Positions 1 to 13,507 of a stretch of 64,000 bases of DNA are shown piece by piece. Made by a program: the position numbers and the translations under genes. Position 1 is the first letter of the stretch. The number at the start of each line of letters is the position of its first letter. The DNA lies in contig CM052816.1 in the NCBI GenBank assembly GCA_028534125.1, positions 7,442,001 through 7,506,000 of the forward strand. Direction: 5' to 3'. Origin of the DNA: Lama glama (Eukaryota). The notes beneath the pieces are model-generated. The model had not been told where the DNA came from, searched no databases, and was given only the letters and a program-made list of their open reading frames with translations.

Positions 1-429
1 AGGAGGAAATTTTGGCCCATTCATCTGTCACTGAAGTAGAGATAATGACAGAGAATGGAACACTAGAGAAACCTCCAAAACCTTCTTTAGCTGCAGAGTT
101 CTATCCTGACTGTCACATGTGACCTTAGGCAGATCACAGCCTCTCCTGATGCCAGCATCCTACCCAGTGAAGTGTGGCTAGGGGTTGTACAATCTCTGCC
201 TCTCCTCCCCTTCCCAAAAGAATCCCCATTCCTCTCTCCCTGGAGCCTCACAGAAGCTAAGAAGCAGTTAGAGGTGAGTAAGTGCTCCTTTTTTTCCAGC
301 TTAAGAAAGGGGAGCTCCCAGAGGATGCCTTACAACAAATACACAGCCAGTGAGAAGTGGAGCCCCTGTCCTGGGTTGAATAAGGAGGTGGGGGTGTGTA
401 GATAGTTTCTTAGAGGCAGAAATAGGGCA

Positions 430-620
430 TTGGTTAAAAAGCCTGATGCACTGGGCTCTCGTCCTTACTCTGGCACTTTCTAGCTTAGGCAGATCCATTT
501 AGTTCAGAGCCTGATTTCCTCATCATTTAATGTACAGGATTAAATGAGAAAATAAAGGTAAAGCACTTAGGAAGAGTGTCTATCCCTTAGTGAAGTGATT
601 AATAAATATTAGTTATTAAA
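430..620 (+). mobile_element. MIR-like SINE remnant
   Basis: Degenerate MIR core (tttcctcatc...aggattaaatgaga...taaagcactta); boundaries approximate. Confidence 0.55.
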
Positions 621-771
621 ATGATCAGTGTTGTAGTCGCTGTTGCCATTACTGTATTAGGTAAACATGGATGACTACTTTCCCAAAACCCTCCCTTCCT
701 CTCCTCCTGCTGATGAGTGATCCTCTTCCACTGGGCTTCTTCAGGCAGGAGGAGCACCCTCCGGGGGAGGT

Positions 772-779
772 GGGCGGGG
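772..779 (+). promoter_or_regulatory. GC box (Sp/KLF-type GGGCGGGG) upstream of the SLC36A2 start codon
   Basis: Motif lies about 130 bp upstream of ATG 910 in a locally GC-rich stretch; function is inferred only. Confidence 0.4.
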
Positions 780-909
780 CTTCATTCTAGCTTGGCCAGA
801 GCCTGCTAAGGCACAAGCCGCTGAGCTGGAGTTTGCACCTGACTAGACACCTTCCTGCTCAGTGCAGACCCCTGACCATAGCCGGGAGCCCTGTCTTTCT
901 GAAGCAGTC

Positions 910-1073
910 ATGCCCGAGACAAAGAGTGCTGAGGGTCCCCCAGGAGCTGTTGACCTCAAAATGGACCTCAAGTCCCCTCCCCAAAGTGCCGAGAAGCTGC
1001 AGAACAAGGACTCCGGTTTCTTGGATGGGAGCCCTTCAGAGTCGCCGGGCTTGGAAACGACGAAGGGCATAAC
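910..1073 (+). CDS. SLC36A2: SLC36A2 (PAT2) coding exon 1
   Basis: gtcATG; encodes MPETKSAEGPPGAVDLKMDLKSPPQSAEKLQNKDSGFLDGSPSESPGLETTKGIT, matching the remembered PAT2 N-terminus; donor GTGAGT at 1074; 164 nt. Confidence 0.95.
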
Positions 1074-3544
1074 GTGAGTGCTTTTTTCTGCCATCCTCAT
1101 TTCTGCCTTCCAGCCTGGAAGCTTGCAGTGGCGAAAACCCCAAGGTGGGTGTGTCTGGCCCACAAGCCATCGTGCAGGAGCCTCAAAAGATACAGTCAGA
1201 GGCTGAATCAAGTTGAGAGCTTAAAGAGGCAGAAGGGAAGACTACCAGAAAGCCCTTAGGATATAGTGATCCACTCTCCAACTCGTGCAGGTGGTGAACC
1301 TAAGACAAATTACCCAAGGACATGCACTGGCTCATTGGCAGGATGGCGGCTGGAATCTAGTGGTGGCTCTAGAGTCTGTTTGTTTTTAGTTGAGGTATAG
1401 CCCTGGAGTCAGATTTGTTCCTGGCCAACTCTAATAATGTTGGGGAGGGGGGCAGAATCCCCGGCTTCTTGGAAGAGAAGGTGACACTTGAGCTAAAACC
1501 ACAGGTACCCAAGCATTTCCTCTTCCTTGCCTCCTTCCTGCAGTTCCCTGGGCTTCTACTTCAATTGAGAACTGCAGTGACAATGTCTAAAGCGCAGTAT
1601 GTGGAAGAGTCTGTGTTTGAGGGGAAGCGGGGGATCCCTCACAGTGCTTTCTAACCGTAACAAGGAGGGGTGTACTCAGAGGGTTTCTGCAAGAGAACCA
1701 AGCTACCGGGCTCCCGCCTCCTTTGCTTCTACCACTCAGGCAGCATGGCTAGTTCACTGAGGAAAAATAGTTGGGGTGGTTGGCATAGTGATAAAGTTCT
1801 GCACTTTAAGAAGAAAATGTTGACACCATCGGTACAGTAGAAAGAAAACTTGCGTCCACATTGTGATTCTGCTCCTTCCTTCTCTATGCCTCCGTTTTGC
1901 AAAACAGGGATAAATTGGTGGCAGTGTGAATTTAAGGAGGTTGCCTGTGGAAATTAAATCTGAAAGGTTGTGCGGGAGGGGGGGCCAGTGTGCAGCAAGG
2001 AGGGGCAGTTACTATAAGAGGCAGGCAAACCCCTCTCCATTGCCACCCTGCAGGACAATTCAGGGGTGGACACAGTGACTGGCACTATAATGTGCTTCTG
2101 TTGCCCAAGGGCTAGTCCTGGGGCTTGTTTAGAAATTGCAGTCCTGAGAGTGAGGTCTCCAGGCCTTGGGGCCATCCACTGCTGAGTTTATTTCTCAATC
2201 ACAGGGTCTTGGAGGAACCACTTAGCTCTTATGTCCTGAACTAAAACATGATTTGATGGCAGTTTTAGCTACTTAAGAATCAAAGAAATAAAGCAAGTGA
2301 GAACTTGCTTATGACTTGGAGGGAGGTAGTAAACAGGTTGGGTAAGCATGGTACTTATGGGGTCATGGGTACTTATGGGGTACTGGGTTTGAATTCCCAC
2401 TTTAGCTATTTACCAGCCTGATCAAGTGATGGAACTTCTCGGTACTCTAATTTCTCCCCTGTGAGATAACAGTTCGCTCCTCCCAGGATGGCTGCGAAGG
2501 CGAAGTGTGCGAAGTGTGCTTAGTGAAGCCACTAAGCTCAGTCCCCAGAAGCTAACTGCAGTGACTACAGTGACATTCCAAAGTCACCAAAGGACTTAGG
2601 GCTAGAACCTAGGTGTACTGCCTCCCAGCCCAGTGTTTTACACAGCTCATTGTATTATTAAGTTTGCTGAGTGGCCCAAAGTTGAATTCTCATTTCCTAA
2701 GTCCTTTAGTTAGAAATTTCAAAGTGACCCGTTGGTTCTAGTTGCAAAACAAGCCCATCATTGGAGGCCCGTGGTGTGCAGTGCTCCGTCAGCGATGTTG
2801 ACACCCACAGGGAGAGAGAAAGGCATGCAGAGACTCTCCACCCTCTTTCTCCGGCAATTTTTCTCTTTAACCCTTAACAAATCAATGGGCAGATCCTCAG
2901 GAAGCTCGAGGATTCAGGGATTAACATAAAGATACAGGTGTTTGGGGCAGTTCTTTCAAAACATCATTCCTCCTAAGACTTACAGAGGCTCAGAAAAGCA
3001 GACATGTTGCCCAAGATAACACAGCTAGTTAAGTAGTAGCCTTGAGTCTTAGTCCCTGGTTTGTCCAGGGACCAGGCTCCTTCCACAATACCTCTGCTGC
3101 TCCTCACAGTAAGTCTCCTCACTGGAAAATTTCCTCCTCATGGGAAATTTCCAAGATTTCTGAAGTTGTGGATGTAATACTCACCTTGGTTTAACCTGGT
3201 CCAGGTACAAAGAGGTATAAAAATAGATTGTTTTGTTATTTCACCACTAGAGAGGATACCTCCGTAGAACTTTCTCCTTGGTGATTGAAACCTTATTTCT
3301 GGATTACCTTCACATCAGTCTTTAAAAAAGGGTCTGAGTTTTTGGTTTTGTTTTTTTGGAGGATAGGAGACATGCCATTCCCCAGTTTGATGTGCTGGCC
3401 TGGCAGGAAAAATTCCTCTGGAAACCAAACCTGGAATAACCCTGTCCCAACAGACCATATCTAGGGACCTAAGTTATTTGACCTCTTCATTCAGAAGTCA
3501 CAATGATTTCTTTTTGCTGCCTGCACTTTCCCCTCTTCTCTGAG

Positions 3545-3905
3545 TTCAGTCCCTTATCTGCTACTAGTTCTATGACCTTGGGCTATTCCCTGCCCCCTCT
3601 CTGAGCCTCAGTTCCCTCAGTTATGAAATGGGGCTGTCCCTTTACTCATCTGTCCGGGCTCGTTTCCAGGAGACAGTCCAGTAGAAATGAGGTGAGGAAC
3701 AGGGACTCTGACGCAGTCCTGGGTTCAAATTCTGGCTCCCCAGTATATCCTTTGATAAGTCACTTTAAAAATCTCTATTCCTCAGTTTTCTCATCTGAAA
3801 AATAAAGGCAATAACCTACTTTCTAGTCTTGACAAGAAGATTACATGAGATAATACATATAATCCTTAGCATAATGTCTATTACATAGTTAGTGTTCTAA
3901 TGGCA
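3545..3905 (+). mobile_element. MIR-like SINE remnants
   Basis: tgaccttggg...ctgagcctcagtt and cctcagttttctcatctgaaaaat motifs; boundaries approximate. Confidence 0.55.
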
Positions 3906-4132
3906 TATGTTTAGTGTCAGCTGCTAAAACCAGGACAGTATTGGGCAAACTGAGATGGTTGGTCACCCTACAGGAGACCACGAGTGCCAAGGAAATCCAT
4001 GGGGACTGGGAAGTGGCCAGGAGCCCACCTATCCAGCTTAACTCAGGTTTTGGCATACGAGGAGGGATTTCGCCTGTCAGATCTCCTCACCTCCATGAAC
4101 CCACATCCTCAAGTCTTTTTCTTCTCCTTTAG

Positions 4133-4223
4133 AGCATTCCAGACCTTGGTTCACCTGGTGAAAGGTAACATAGGCACAGGGATCCTGGGACTACCCCTGG
4201 CTGTGAAGAATGCAGGCATCCTG
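4133..4223 (+). CDS. SLC36A2: SLC36A2 exon 2 (TM1)
   Basis: Polypyrimidine tract with tag acceptor; [30 protein letters not shown]; donor GTAAGA; 91 nt. Confidence 0.97.
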
Positions 4224-4809
4224 GTAAGAGGGGCTGCCACAGGTGGGGGAGGACAGCCTCTAAGAGTTTATAATGTCTTACATTGAGTAGTCTTACTGAA
4301 AGGCAGCTTGGTCTAGACCTGGAGTCTAGACATCTAGTCTGGGTTTGAGTTCTGGCTCTGCCATGGACTTTGAGTGGCCTTAGCAAGTCATTTGTCCACT
4401 GGCTGAGCCTCAGTTTCCTCCCTTGTGGAGTGCAGGGGTTGGATGACTAGTTTTCCAGTTGTGCTCTGTAAAACACTAGTGCTGAGGGATGCCTCAAAGG
4501 CCACTAAACATCAGAAGTCTGAGTCCTCTACTCTCACCATAACACGTCATTGTACTTGCTTTTTACACTTTATTGGAGTACTACTTGAGATCACATTTGA
4601 AAGAATATATAACATTGTAAATCAACTATACTTCAGTAAAGAAAAAACAAAGTATACCTGTTACCGCTAAAAATGCCTTGCAAACCAGTTTGCTAGATAG
4701 TTCTTTGAGTCTTGAATGAAACCTGAACTACCAAATCCCTCCCTACCATGTTATTCACAGATCCATTCTCTTCTCTCTTGCCTTGCCCCTTGGCATCCCT
4801 GTCCTCTAG

Positions 4810-4898
4810 ATGGGCCCGCTCAGTTTGCTGGCCATGGGCCTCATCTCCTGCCATTGTATGCACATCCTGGTCAGGTGTGCCCAGCACTTCTGCCACAG
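4810..4898 (+). CDS. SLC36A2: SLC36A2 exon 3
   Basis: ctctag acceptor; [29 protein letters not shown]; donor GTGAGG; 89 nt. Confidence 0.96.
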
Positions 4899-5439
4899 GT
4901 GAGGAAAACAGTGTTCTCATGTCAGTGCCTTTGGTGCTTGGTTCTCAGGGACATCCCAGAATTATACCCCATATAAACAAGAGTTTACTTCTTAATTTCC
5001 TCCAACAAGGCCAAGAAAAAGAGAAAAGCATTCAGGGCAGGGACCTAAAGTGAGACTCCTCCATGTGACTCATTCGGTAATCTCAATCAGGCCATTGTGC
5101 CTATCTGCTTGGCTCATCTGTAAATTGGGCATAAACAATCCATGCCTAACCCTGCCTCAGAGAATTGTCGTGAGGATCCAATGGGATCATGGATATGAAA
5201 ACTACTGTACCCACGCAAGGCATATATTATTACCCTTGTTATGTAGTAACTGCCCTACTTAATAGGCAAGAAAAACAAGCCACCAAGGAAATACCACCAG
5301 GTGTCAAAATACTTTTTTCCCTGCCCCAATGTTCTTCTCACTCCAGCTAGGTCCTGCTGTGCTATGTGCCTACTGACTTCTCAGTATATGACCTTAGATT
5401 AAACTGCCTCTTGGTAACTGTATGTCCTCTCTCCTTCAG

Positions 5440-5535
5440 GCTTAACAAACCGTTTATGGACTATGGGGATACAGTGATGCACGGACTAGAAGCCAGCCCC
5501 AGCACCTGGCTCCGGAACCATGCACATTGGGGAAG
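5440..5535 (+). CDS. SLC36A2: SLC36A2 exon 4
   Basis: ttcag acceptor; [31 protein letters not shown]; donor GTACCT; 96 nt. Confidence 0.96.
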
Positions 5536-5729
5536 GTACCTTGTTCTTGCTTGACCCAAAGTGGAGAAGAAATGTGGCTGTCAGGAATGCCCTCTTCCCT
5601 GGAAATTTGGCCTATGTAACACAGAATATTGCAATTCACATGGAAGGAGTTCATTGGCAGTCTTCCTTATCCGGTCCCACTCCTTGTATATCCCCAGCAA
5701 TCCCCTTGTATTTCTTTGCTATGCAGCTT

Positions 5730-6660
5730 TAATATTATTCACTTTATTAGAATTAGGCCCTAGAAATACCGTGGGGAACAAAGCAAACAAAGCTTTGCCA
5801 TCACAGGACCCATAGTCCAGTGGGAAAGGTGGACATTAGTTTAGAACACAGTTACTTAGTAACTACTAGGACAAGTACCTTGAAGGAAAGAAGTACTAGC
5901 TGCTGCCGTACAGGTAAGGAGATGTGCGTGGGTTCAGGTAGGCTTCCTAGGGTGGAACAGTTGAGGTGAGTTCCAAAGGAAGGCAGTCTTAGGAATGAGG
6001 AATTACCTAGGGGAATGCAGGAGCCTAAAGGGCCTTCCAGGAGGAAGAGCAAGATGTGAAGGTCCTGAAGCAGGAGGGAGTATGTGACGGTTTCAGGGGA
6101 CAGGAAGACCAGGTCACTTGAGGGCAGATAGTCAGGGAGATGATGCTGAAGAAAGATTCAGGGGCCCAGCCAAGCTGCACATTTTAGACTCTCTTCAAGG
6201 TTTTTTTCTTTTCTGAAAAGCAACCAGGAAACCATTGGAGGCTTTTAATTAGAGGCTTTCCTGTTTTAGTCATAGTTGCATTGTCCAAAGATCTGTCTGG
6301 CTTCTGTAAAGAGAATAGATTGTAAAGAAGCAAGAATAGATTTAGTCAGACCCATGAGGAGGCTGTTGACAAGGTCCAGGCAGGTGGTAATGATGGCTAG
6401 GTCCAAGCTGGTGGCAGTGACAATGGAGAAAAGTGAATTTGATAATAATTTGGATCCCGTGGTTGTGGGAGAACAAAGGAGTCAAGGTTGACTCAGATTT
6501 CTGATGACTTCTGTTTTGGATATTCAAGTAGAGATGTCAAATGGGTAGTTGTATATGTATAGGCTTGAGCGTATCTTCAGGCAGTGGACAGAATTGAAGT
6601 CAGCTATGAGGCCAGGGGACAGAAGAGGTCTTTTAGGGAGAGAGTATATAGTGAGAAAAA
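5730..6660 (-). mobile_element. L2-like LINE remnant
   Basis: Purine-rich degenerate sequence typical of antisense L2; boundaries approximate. Confidence 0.45.
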
Positions 6661-7429
6661 GAGAGAAAAAGACCATGACATTTAGCACCCTTTGATGAGC
6701 TGAAGTCTTCCTCCTGCAACTCCCACCTTTTCGCTTTCAGAGATGATGAAGAACTTGGGACTAAATCTACTCCTTTGTCTTTGTTTTCAGACCTGTCCCC
6801 TCCCCGTCTGTCTACTCCTTTCTGAGCACCTCTAGATTATCAAAGTCTTTCTTGAACTGTGATACCCTGAACTGCACCACCTGAGGTGTGCCCTGCCCAT
6901 GAGCATCATGGGTCTGGCACCTCTCTTGACCCAAAGCCCATTCACTTACTGAGCTAATAAATTCAACCTATGAGCAGACTAGGGAGGCTATGGGATGATT
7001 ACCAGTATTTTCCCAATTGTGTGACCCAAGCTTTTGTCTGTCACAACCCCTCAAATCCTTCTACTCATTGTTGGGCATATAAAGTGGATTTTTCCTGCTC
7101 TATTTAGAGACTTTGCTTTGCTAATTATCTGCTCTTCTATGACTTGAACTTCTTTTTTGAACTGTGTGCTCTTCCTCTCAACATTAAAATGTGTTCGTGT
7201 ATCTCCATCTTAAAAATGATAAAATAAATTAATAAACCTTCCTGGACCTCATACCTTCCTTTAGCTACCATCCTATCTCATATTCATTATCTGGTCATTC
7301 AACAAATACCTACTGAATACCTACATGACAGGAAGTACTTTAGGCAGTGGGCTCACAACTATGAACAAAATGGGCACCTTCAAGACTGGAGCTCACACTC
7401 TAGCTTCGTGAAAGAATGGCCCACCCTCT

Positions 7430-8266
7430 GACTTTACTTCCATAGACGCCATTCACACCTCTTTCATGGGTCACCTGGCTTTCTTGTCCTATACTTCTAC
7501 TGAAGTTCTTTCCACCAGCACCTTAAAAGACCTCCTTCTTTACCCTAGAGCACCTCTCAGCAGCAGTAGGTACGACTGACTATTCTTTTCTTCAGACATT
7601 AGCTCTTCACTTGGCTTCTGTTAAATCCTTTTTCACCCTAGTTTCCCTTTTACCTCTCTGGCTATTACTTTGAAGTCTTCTTTGTTTCTATCCTCCCTGT
7701 AAGTGTTGCCATTCTCTAGGATTTGAAACCTTCTCACTCTGCATACTTTCCAACACTGATCTGCCTTTTCAAGGCTTTATCTATTACTAACAAATCAGCA
7801 GTTCCAGAGCATTAATATATGGTTGTCTCCTGAATGTCCCCTGTAGGAACCTCAAGCTCAACAATTCAGGTACTGAATGTGTCATTTCTTTCCCTTCCCC
7901 TAAAACCTGTTCTTCCCTCTGATTTCCCAGTTCATTTTGTTGTCCAAGCCAAAAACCTGTCAATCACTTTAGGTCATTTCCTTTCCCCTTCCCCTTGACG
8001 TACGTGGTCACCAGGTTCTGTAAGCTCTAGCTCCCTAGCATCTCTTAAAATACTTTTATTTCTCTCATTCTAATGGCCATGTCTTTGTCCGGGTGGCTGC
8101 CATCTTTCACCTCCATTATTGTAAGAATCTCCTATCCAGTCTTCCCATCCTCCGTCTTGCCCCCTACAGTGGATTCTTCACATGGCAGCTAGAAAAATCT
8201 GCCTAATCCATCTGCTGAAATGTTCTTTCCTCACCACTTCCTCGCCATCTCCTCCTCCCCTTTATT

Positions 8267-8308
<42 letters not shown>

Positions 8309-8520
8309 ATATTCCTGAGGGACTTCTGCCCCGGTATGGGTTTTTCTAAGAAGGCTGTCTGCTCTATAATTCAGGTAAAATGCCCCTTTACCATGGTCCT
8401 TATTGCCACATTATTTTTTATCCATCTCATCCACTAGTCTCTAAACCACTAGAGGAAAGACAGTGTTACTTGTCTGTGTGTCCTCAGTGCCTAGTATGGT
8501 GTCTGGCACATGATAGGAAA
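7430..8520 (+). mobile_element. L2-like LINE remnant
   Basis: Pyrimidine-rich degenerate L2 ending near cctagtatggtgtctggcaca; boundaries approximate. Confidence 0.45.
8272..8306. repeat. (CT)n microsatellite
   Basis: Directly visible. Confidence 0.95.
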
Positions 8521-8846
8521 AAATTTTTAATGTTAATTATAGCTAATAAAAAACATTGGGCCTATTGCCTTACATCAATTAGTATTCAACATGGAGCCAG
8601 GTATGGGGCAAGATTCCTGACGATGAAGAATTTTACCACTTGCTGAGCTGAGAGTGTGAGGGTGGTTGAGAAACATGTGTTTTTAAAGAACTATTGTTAC
8701 CTCCCTTCTTACTGCTCCATTGTTGACTGTGGTGGCAGGACCAAGGGTGCTGGTAGAGGGTCACCAACCCCTGGGAACAGAAATGGAAATGACAAGTCTA
8801 CTCTTTTTATAACAAGTTTTCTTTCTCTCTCTCTCCTTTCTTTCAG

Positions 8847-8931
8847 GCATATCGTGAGCTTCTTTCTCATAGTCACCCAGTTGGGCTTCTGCTGCGTGTA
8901 CATTGTGTTTCTGGCCGATAATTTAAAACAG
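8847..8931 (+). CDS. SLC36A2: SLC36A2 exon 5
   Basis: ttcag acceptor; [28 protein letters not shown]; donor GTAGAA; 85 nt. Confidence 0.96.
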
Positions 8932-11436
8932 GTAGAATCTTCTAGAGAATAAGGGAGGGAAAAGGACATGGCTTCTTCTCTTTGGGCCCTAGTGTCCTCA
9001 TCATACAAAGAAAGAAGTTAACCAGATGTTATCAAAGAACCCAGGCTTCCCCCAGTTCACACATCTGCAGATTTCTGTAAATGGTTAGTTTTTCCGCAGC
9101 ACCCTTTGTCCAAGTTTTGTCTCTAAAACTGGACCTGTCCTCAAGATTGGTTTTTAAAATTGAGCTGGAGGAAACCCTGGATTTTGTCTGTCATCCTGCC
9201 TTGGAACTTAATCATCTTTAACTCTTCTCGAACTGATATAGGCCTTTTTGGATGATACCTAACCTGTGGGTCATCTTTATCTACCTTGAGGTGCTTAATC
9301 TCTATGATTTAACAGTTTTTGTCCCCAAGAAGTTCTTTTGACTTATCACAATAGTTATCTTGTAGCAATTTGAGCAAAATAATATGGGTAATAACAGAAG
9401 CTATTCTTTGTCAGTCAATAAGCTTAAAAAAACCGATTCTTTAGATTCTATAGAGGTTTTTTTGTTTGTTTGTTTTGCTTTTAGTAATACCGGAAAATTG
9501 GAAATATAAAAAAAAGAAATGAGAAGGAAGGAAAAAAAACAGTAAGCATTCAGAGTTAGCTTCTATTAAGCGTCAGGTACAGTACTGAGCATTGTATAAG
9601 CTTTCCTTCATTTAATTCTCTTCATGGCCATATCAGAGTAGATACTGTGGTTATTCTCATTTTGCAGATGAGAAAACTGATGTTGTGAACTCTATAATGT
9701 ATATTAATAACATCACAGAGCAAAGATTAAAAACACAGGCCTTTCATCATCACAGCTTAAGTTCTTAAACACTATGTCACATGTCGTCTCAAAACAAAAC
9801 AAAATTATTTTTAATCCAACCACTCATGGTTATTGTTTTGATTATCATTTTTCAATGTCCTTACATTTTTAGTGTAGTTTTTAATAATTTCATAATTTTC
9901 CATCATGCAGATGACTTCAGTGTTCTATGATTGGATATTTTCTTTGTTTCCCTTTGTTCTTTTTTACTATAATTTACATAAGTCTTTGTACATTCTTTTA
10001 TTCCTTATAATATATTTGTGTGTATATATTTTAAAGTAAAATTACTGGGTCAAGGGTTTGATTTAAAGGCTCTTACCTGCCAGATTGCTGCTTGGAAATC
10101 AATGATATAGACAGAATTTTATCAGTCATCTGTCTAGAGACAAGGTAAGCATGTCTCAAGGAGTCTGAGGACTAAGTGGGATGTGCTCTAAAACATATAA
10201 AAAGTTAACTATCAGTATAATATTTTGGTGCTGGGTCAGGACACCTCTAACACCTTGAGGCTGGAGGTGCTTATTTGTGAACTAAGGGGCAGAAATGTGT
10301 GGAAGCAGGAAAGATAATTGGAGCAAGAGAAGGCTCCCTTAAGGAGATGCATCTGAGCTGGGCATTGAAGGGCAGGTTAGAGGAGAAGTGATGGCAGCCA
10401 AGGTGGGAGAAGGGAGGAGTGAATGCCTAGAGGCAAGAATGTGTGGGGCTTGCTCAGTAGAGACAATACAAGTGATTGTAGAAGGTGTGGAAGGTGTGGG
10501 CCTTGGGAAAGGAAGAGCCTTCACAGTTGAATGGGCCTATTTATAGAGGGCCTTGAATGCCTGGCTAATGTTCCAAGTAGTTTTCCCTACTGTAGGGAGG
10601 AATCAGAGAAAAACAAAGCTTAATGATTCATTTAGGTATCCAGGTGTGTAGTTAAGTGAAAGGGAGATTTCAAAATAAAAGTGTATGCTATGATTGCAGT
10701 TTTGTAAAATAAAGAGGGATGTGTATATTGCATGTAATTTGTGGCATTGCATACACAGAAAATGTACAGATGAATATATCACAAGGCATTACCATGGCTA
10801 CCCATGGATATTGAGATTATCATTGCTTTAACGTTTTCTTCTTGCCTAACTCTGTAATTGTTCTGTAGTAGATTGTGTTGCTTGTACAATGAGACTGCAT
10901 CAGTTAAGTCATGCTGATTCCAAAGGAGGGTGGTACCATTCCCCCAACACTCACTTTTGCCAAGGGGATGTTTGTACAGTGTGCAGTGGGGTGTTCCTTG
11001 TTTGTCTCGATGACCAGAGGATACTAATAGCTTCTATTAGGTTGCATCCAGGAATGCTAAATGTCCTGCAATGAATGGTCCAGTCCTCACAAGAAGAGTT
11101 CTGTCACTCAAAAGGTCAGTTTTGGTGCAGTTAAGAAATAGTAAGTGGTGGACTTTTTCAGTTAAAAGCAAAAGGAACAGACTCTGTGGAACTCAAATAG
11201 AAAAATAAGTTTAGTGGAAGAATATTGGCTAACTTCCAGAATGACAGAGAAAAATGTCTGTCCTCTTTTGAGAAAGAATGGTGCAGAAGATTTACAGTAA
11301 GAAGTCCTAAAGTCACCCTAACTCATTGTGAGACATGCCAGTTCTTTGAGTTTGATTTTGGGCCAGGCACTGAACTAATCAGGTAGCCAGAAGATTCACT
11401 GACTCTTCCCCTTGCTTTTCCCTATTCCTTCCTCAG

Positions 11437-11655
11437 GTAGTGGAAGCAGTTAATGGCACCACCAGCAACTGCCATGACAACATGACAGTGATCCTGATGC
11501 CCACCATGGATTCACGACTCTACATGCTCACCTTCCTGCCCTTCCTGGTGCTGCTGGCCCTCGTTCGGAACCTCAGGATCCTGACCATCTTCTCCCTGTT
11601 GGCCAACATCAGCATGCTGGTCAGTTTAATCATCATCATCCAGTACATCACCCAG
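11437..11655 (+). CDS. SLC36A2: SLC36A2 exon 6
   Basis: ctcag acceptor; [17 protein letters not shown]...IIQYITQ with N-glycosylation sequons NGT and NMT; donor GTTAGT; 219 nt. Confidence 0.96.
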
Positions 11656-12817
11656 GTTAGTGCACACCACACACCTGACTCCTCCAGTGGGCAGAGGCTT
11701 TTATATATATAATAGAGTGACATCTGGGGCCAGTGGGTGTCCACTTCACTCTTCAGCCTAGTACCCATTTTATGGTTGCCTTCCTTCCACAAAGATGTCT
11801 CTGTACGTTCTAGATATCTCCTCTTTCGTGTTGCTTCTCCAATACTCATTTCCTGTCAAATCCTGGTTTTAGAAAAAAAATATGCTTTGCAAGGGAAACA
11901 TCTTGATTGGTGAACTATAGACCATTCCTGTAATGGTTGGAAAACAGCAAAAGGCAGATGAAAAACAGCATCTTCTACCACAGTGAAATCTTGCTGAGTT
12001 AGTCTTAACAAACTAGAGGCTACAATTCCAGGTAATTTCAAAATTACCCCTAAGGAACTCAAGAGGAAAAAAAAACTAGTATTTAGTCACAGAGGTATAA
12101 ATAGAGTCTTGAAAGACCACAAGCAAATCTATCATGATATAAATTACATCTTTCAAGTTGAGTTATGGATATTGATTTTCCCTCAATTTCCTACTTTTCT
12201 ATTCTTTCTAATTTTTATTTTATAATGGATAAGACTACATAGAAACATAAACCCTGAAGATCCTTGGCATACCTAGAACCTTTCAGATGTTTTTCTCTTT
12301 GAGAAGTCACAGAGGGAAAAAGTTATAGAGTCCATGGAACTTAGTAAAAATAACAAATTAGTCAAATATTTTAGGATAACTACAGATAAGTCTTATACTC
12401 CTTACGGCAATATTGATGGATTCTGCAAAATTGAATTTTCTAATGAGATAGCTACCTCTGATTTACTTTTGGACTATTCCAGAGATTACTTAATTAGAGA
12501 AATGGTTCTGCCATTTTTACATACTAGGTCACAGGGTACATAAAATATTTATTCAACACACTTTTTTCCTTTCAATTTATAGCTCATTGAAGAAAGGGCA
12601 CTTTCATATTTCACTAATTACTTTGGGCCCTAGAATATCACTGTAACTGTAGTCACAGTAACTTCCAGCACCCATAACCAGTGGTACATTTGAAGTGTTC
12701 TTGGGCATGTTAGGCTGGTACTCACCTGTGGTGTGTAAGATTTTCTTCTGGAGGATTCTGATGAACCAAACTCTCTCCATGAGATCCTGATCCTTCAGTA
12801 CTTGGGCAATACCTTGA

Positions 12818-13129
<312 letters not shown>

Positions 13130-13507
13130 TAGACTTTCCCAGGTGCTGTGGGTGGCCTTCTGAACAGGAGCTGGGAGCTCTGAGTTACTGTGACCACACA
13201 GGAGAAATAACCTCTGACATCACTTGGGCCAGTTGTCACCAGCAGGAGAAAAGTAGGTTACACACAACAGAGAGGCAGTCAGGAGACAGTTTCATTCTTG
13301 CCCCAATACATTTATTAAACATTTATCCTCATATCAAAATATGTTTCCTAATTTTTTAAAATCAAGATAAATGGAGGTATACAATTTAAATTATAGGATT
13401 TGATGAAACAAAGGAGTTTTACACTGGAAAGTACAGTCTATTTACAATGGATAATTGTATAGTCTCTACTTCCACATGTGAGGAAGGATAGGTGCTGTGT
13501 GTATACT

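Noticed and set aside
862..909. N-terminal extension of SLC36A2 from the GTG at 862
   Set aside because: Non-ATG start; ATG 910 has a purine at -3 and matches the remembered orthologue start
2347..2520. Short tandem duplications (catgg(g)tacttatggggt x2; gcgaagtgt x2) as a possible array
   Set aside because: Only two units each with no spacers; ordinary slippage in intron or MIR sequence, not CRISPR-like
11434..11442. cag|GTAGTG at the exon 6 start as a recursive or alternative splice site
   Set aside because: Explained by the Val-Val codons; a 4-nt shifted acceptor would frameshift, and the sequence gives no evidence of use
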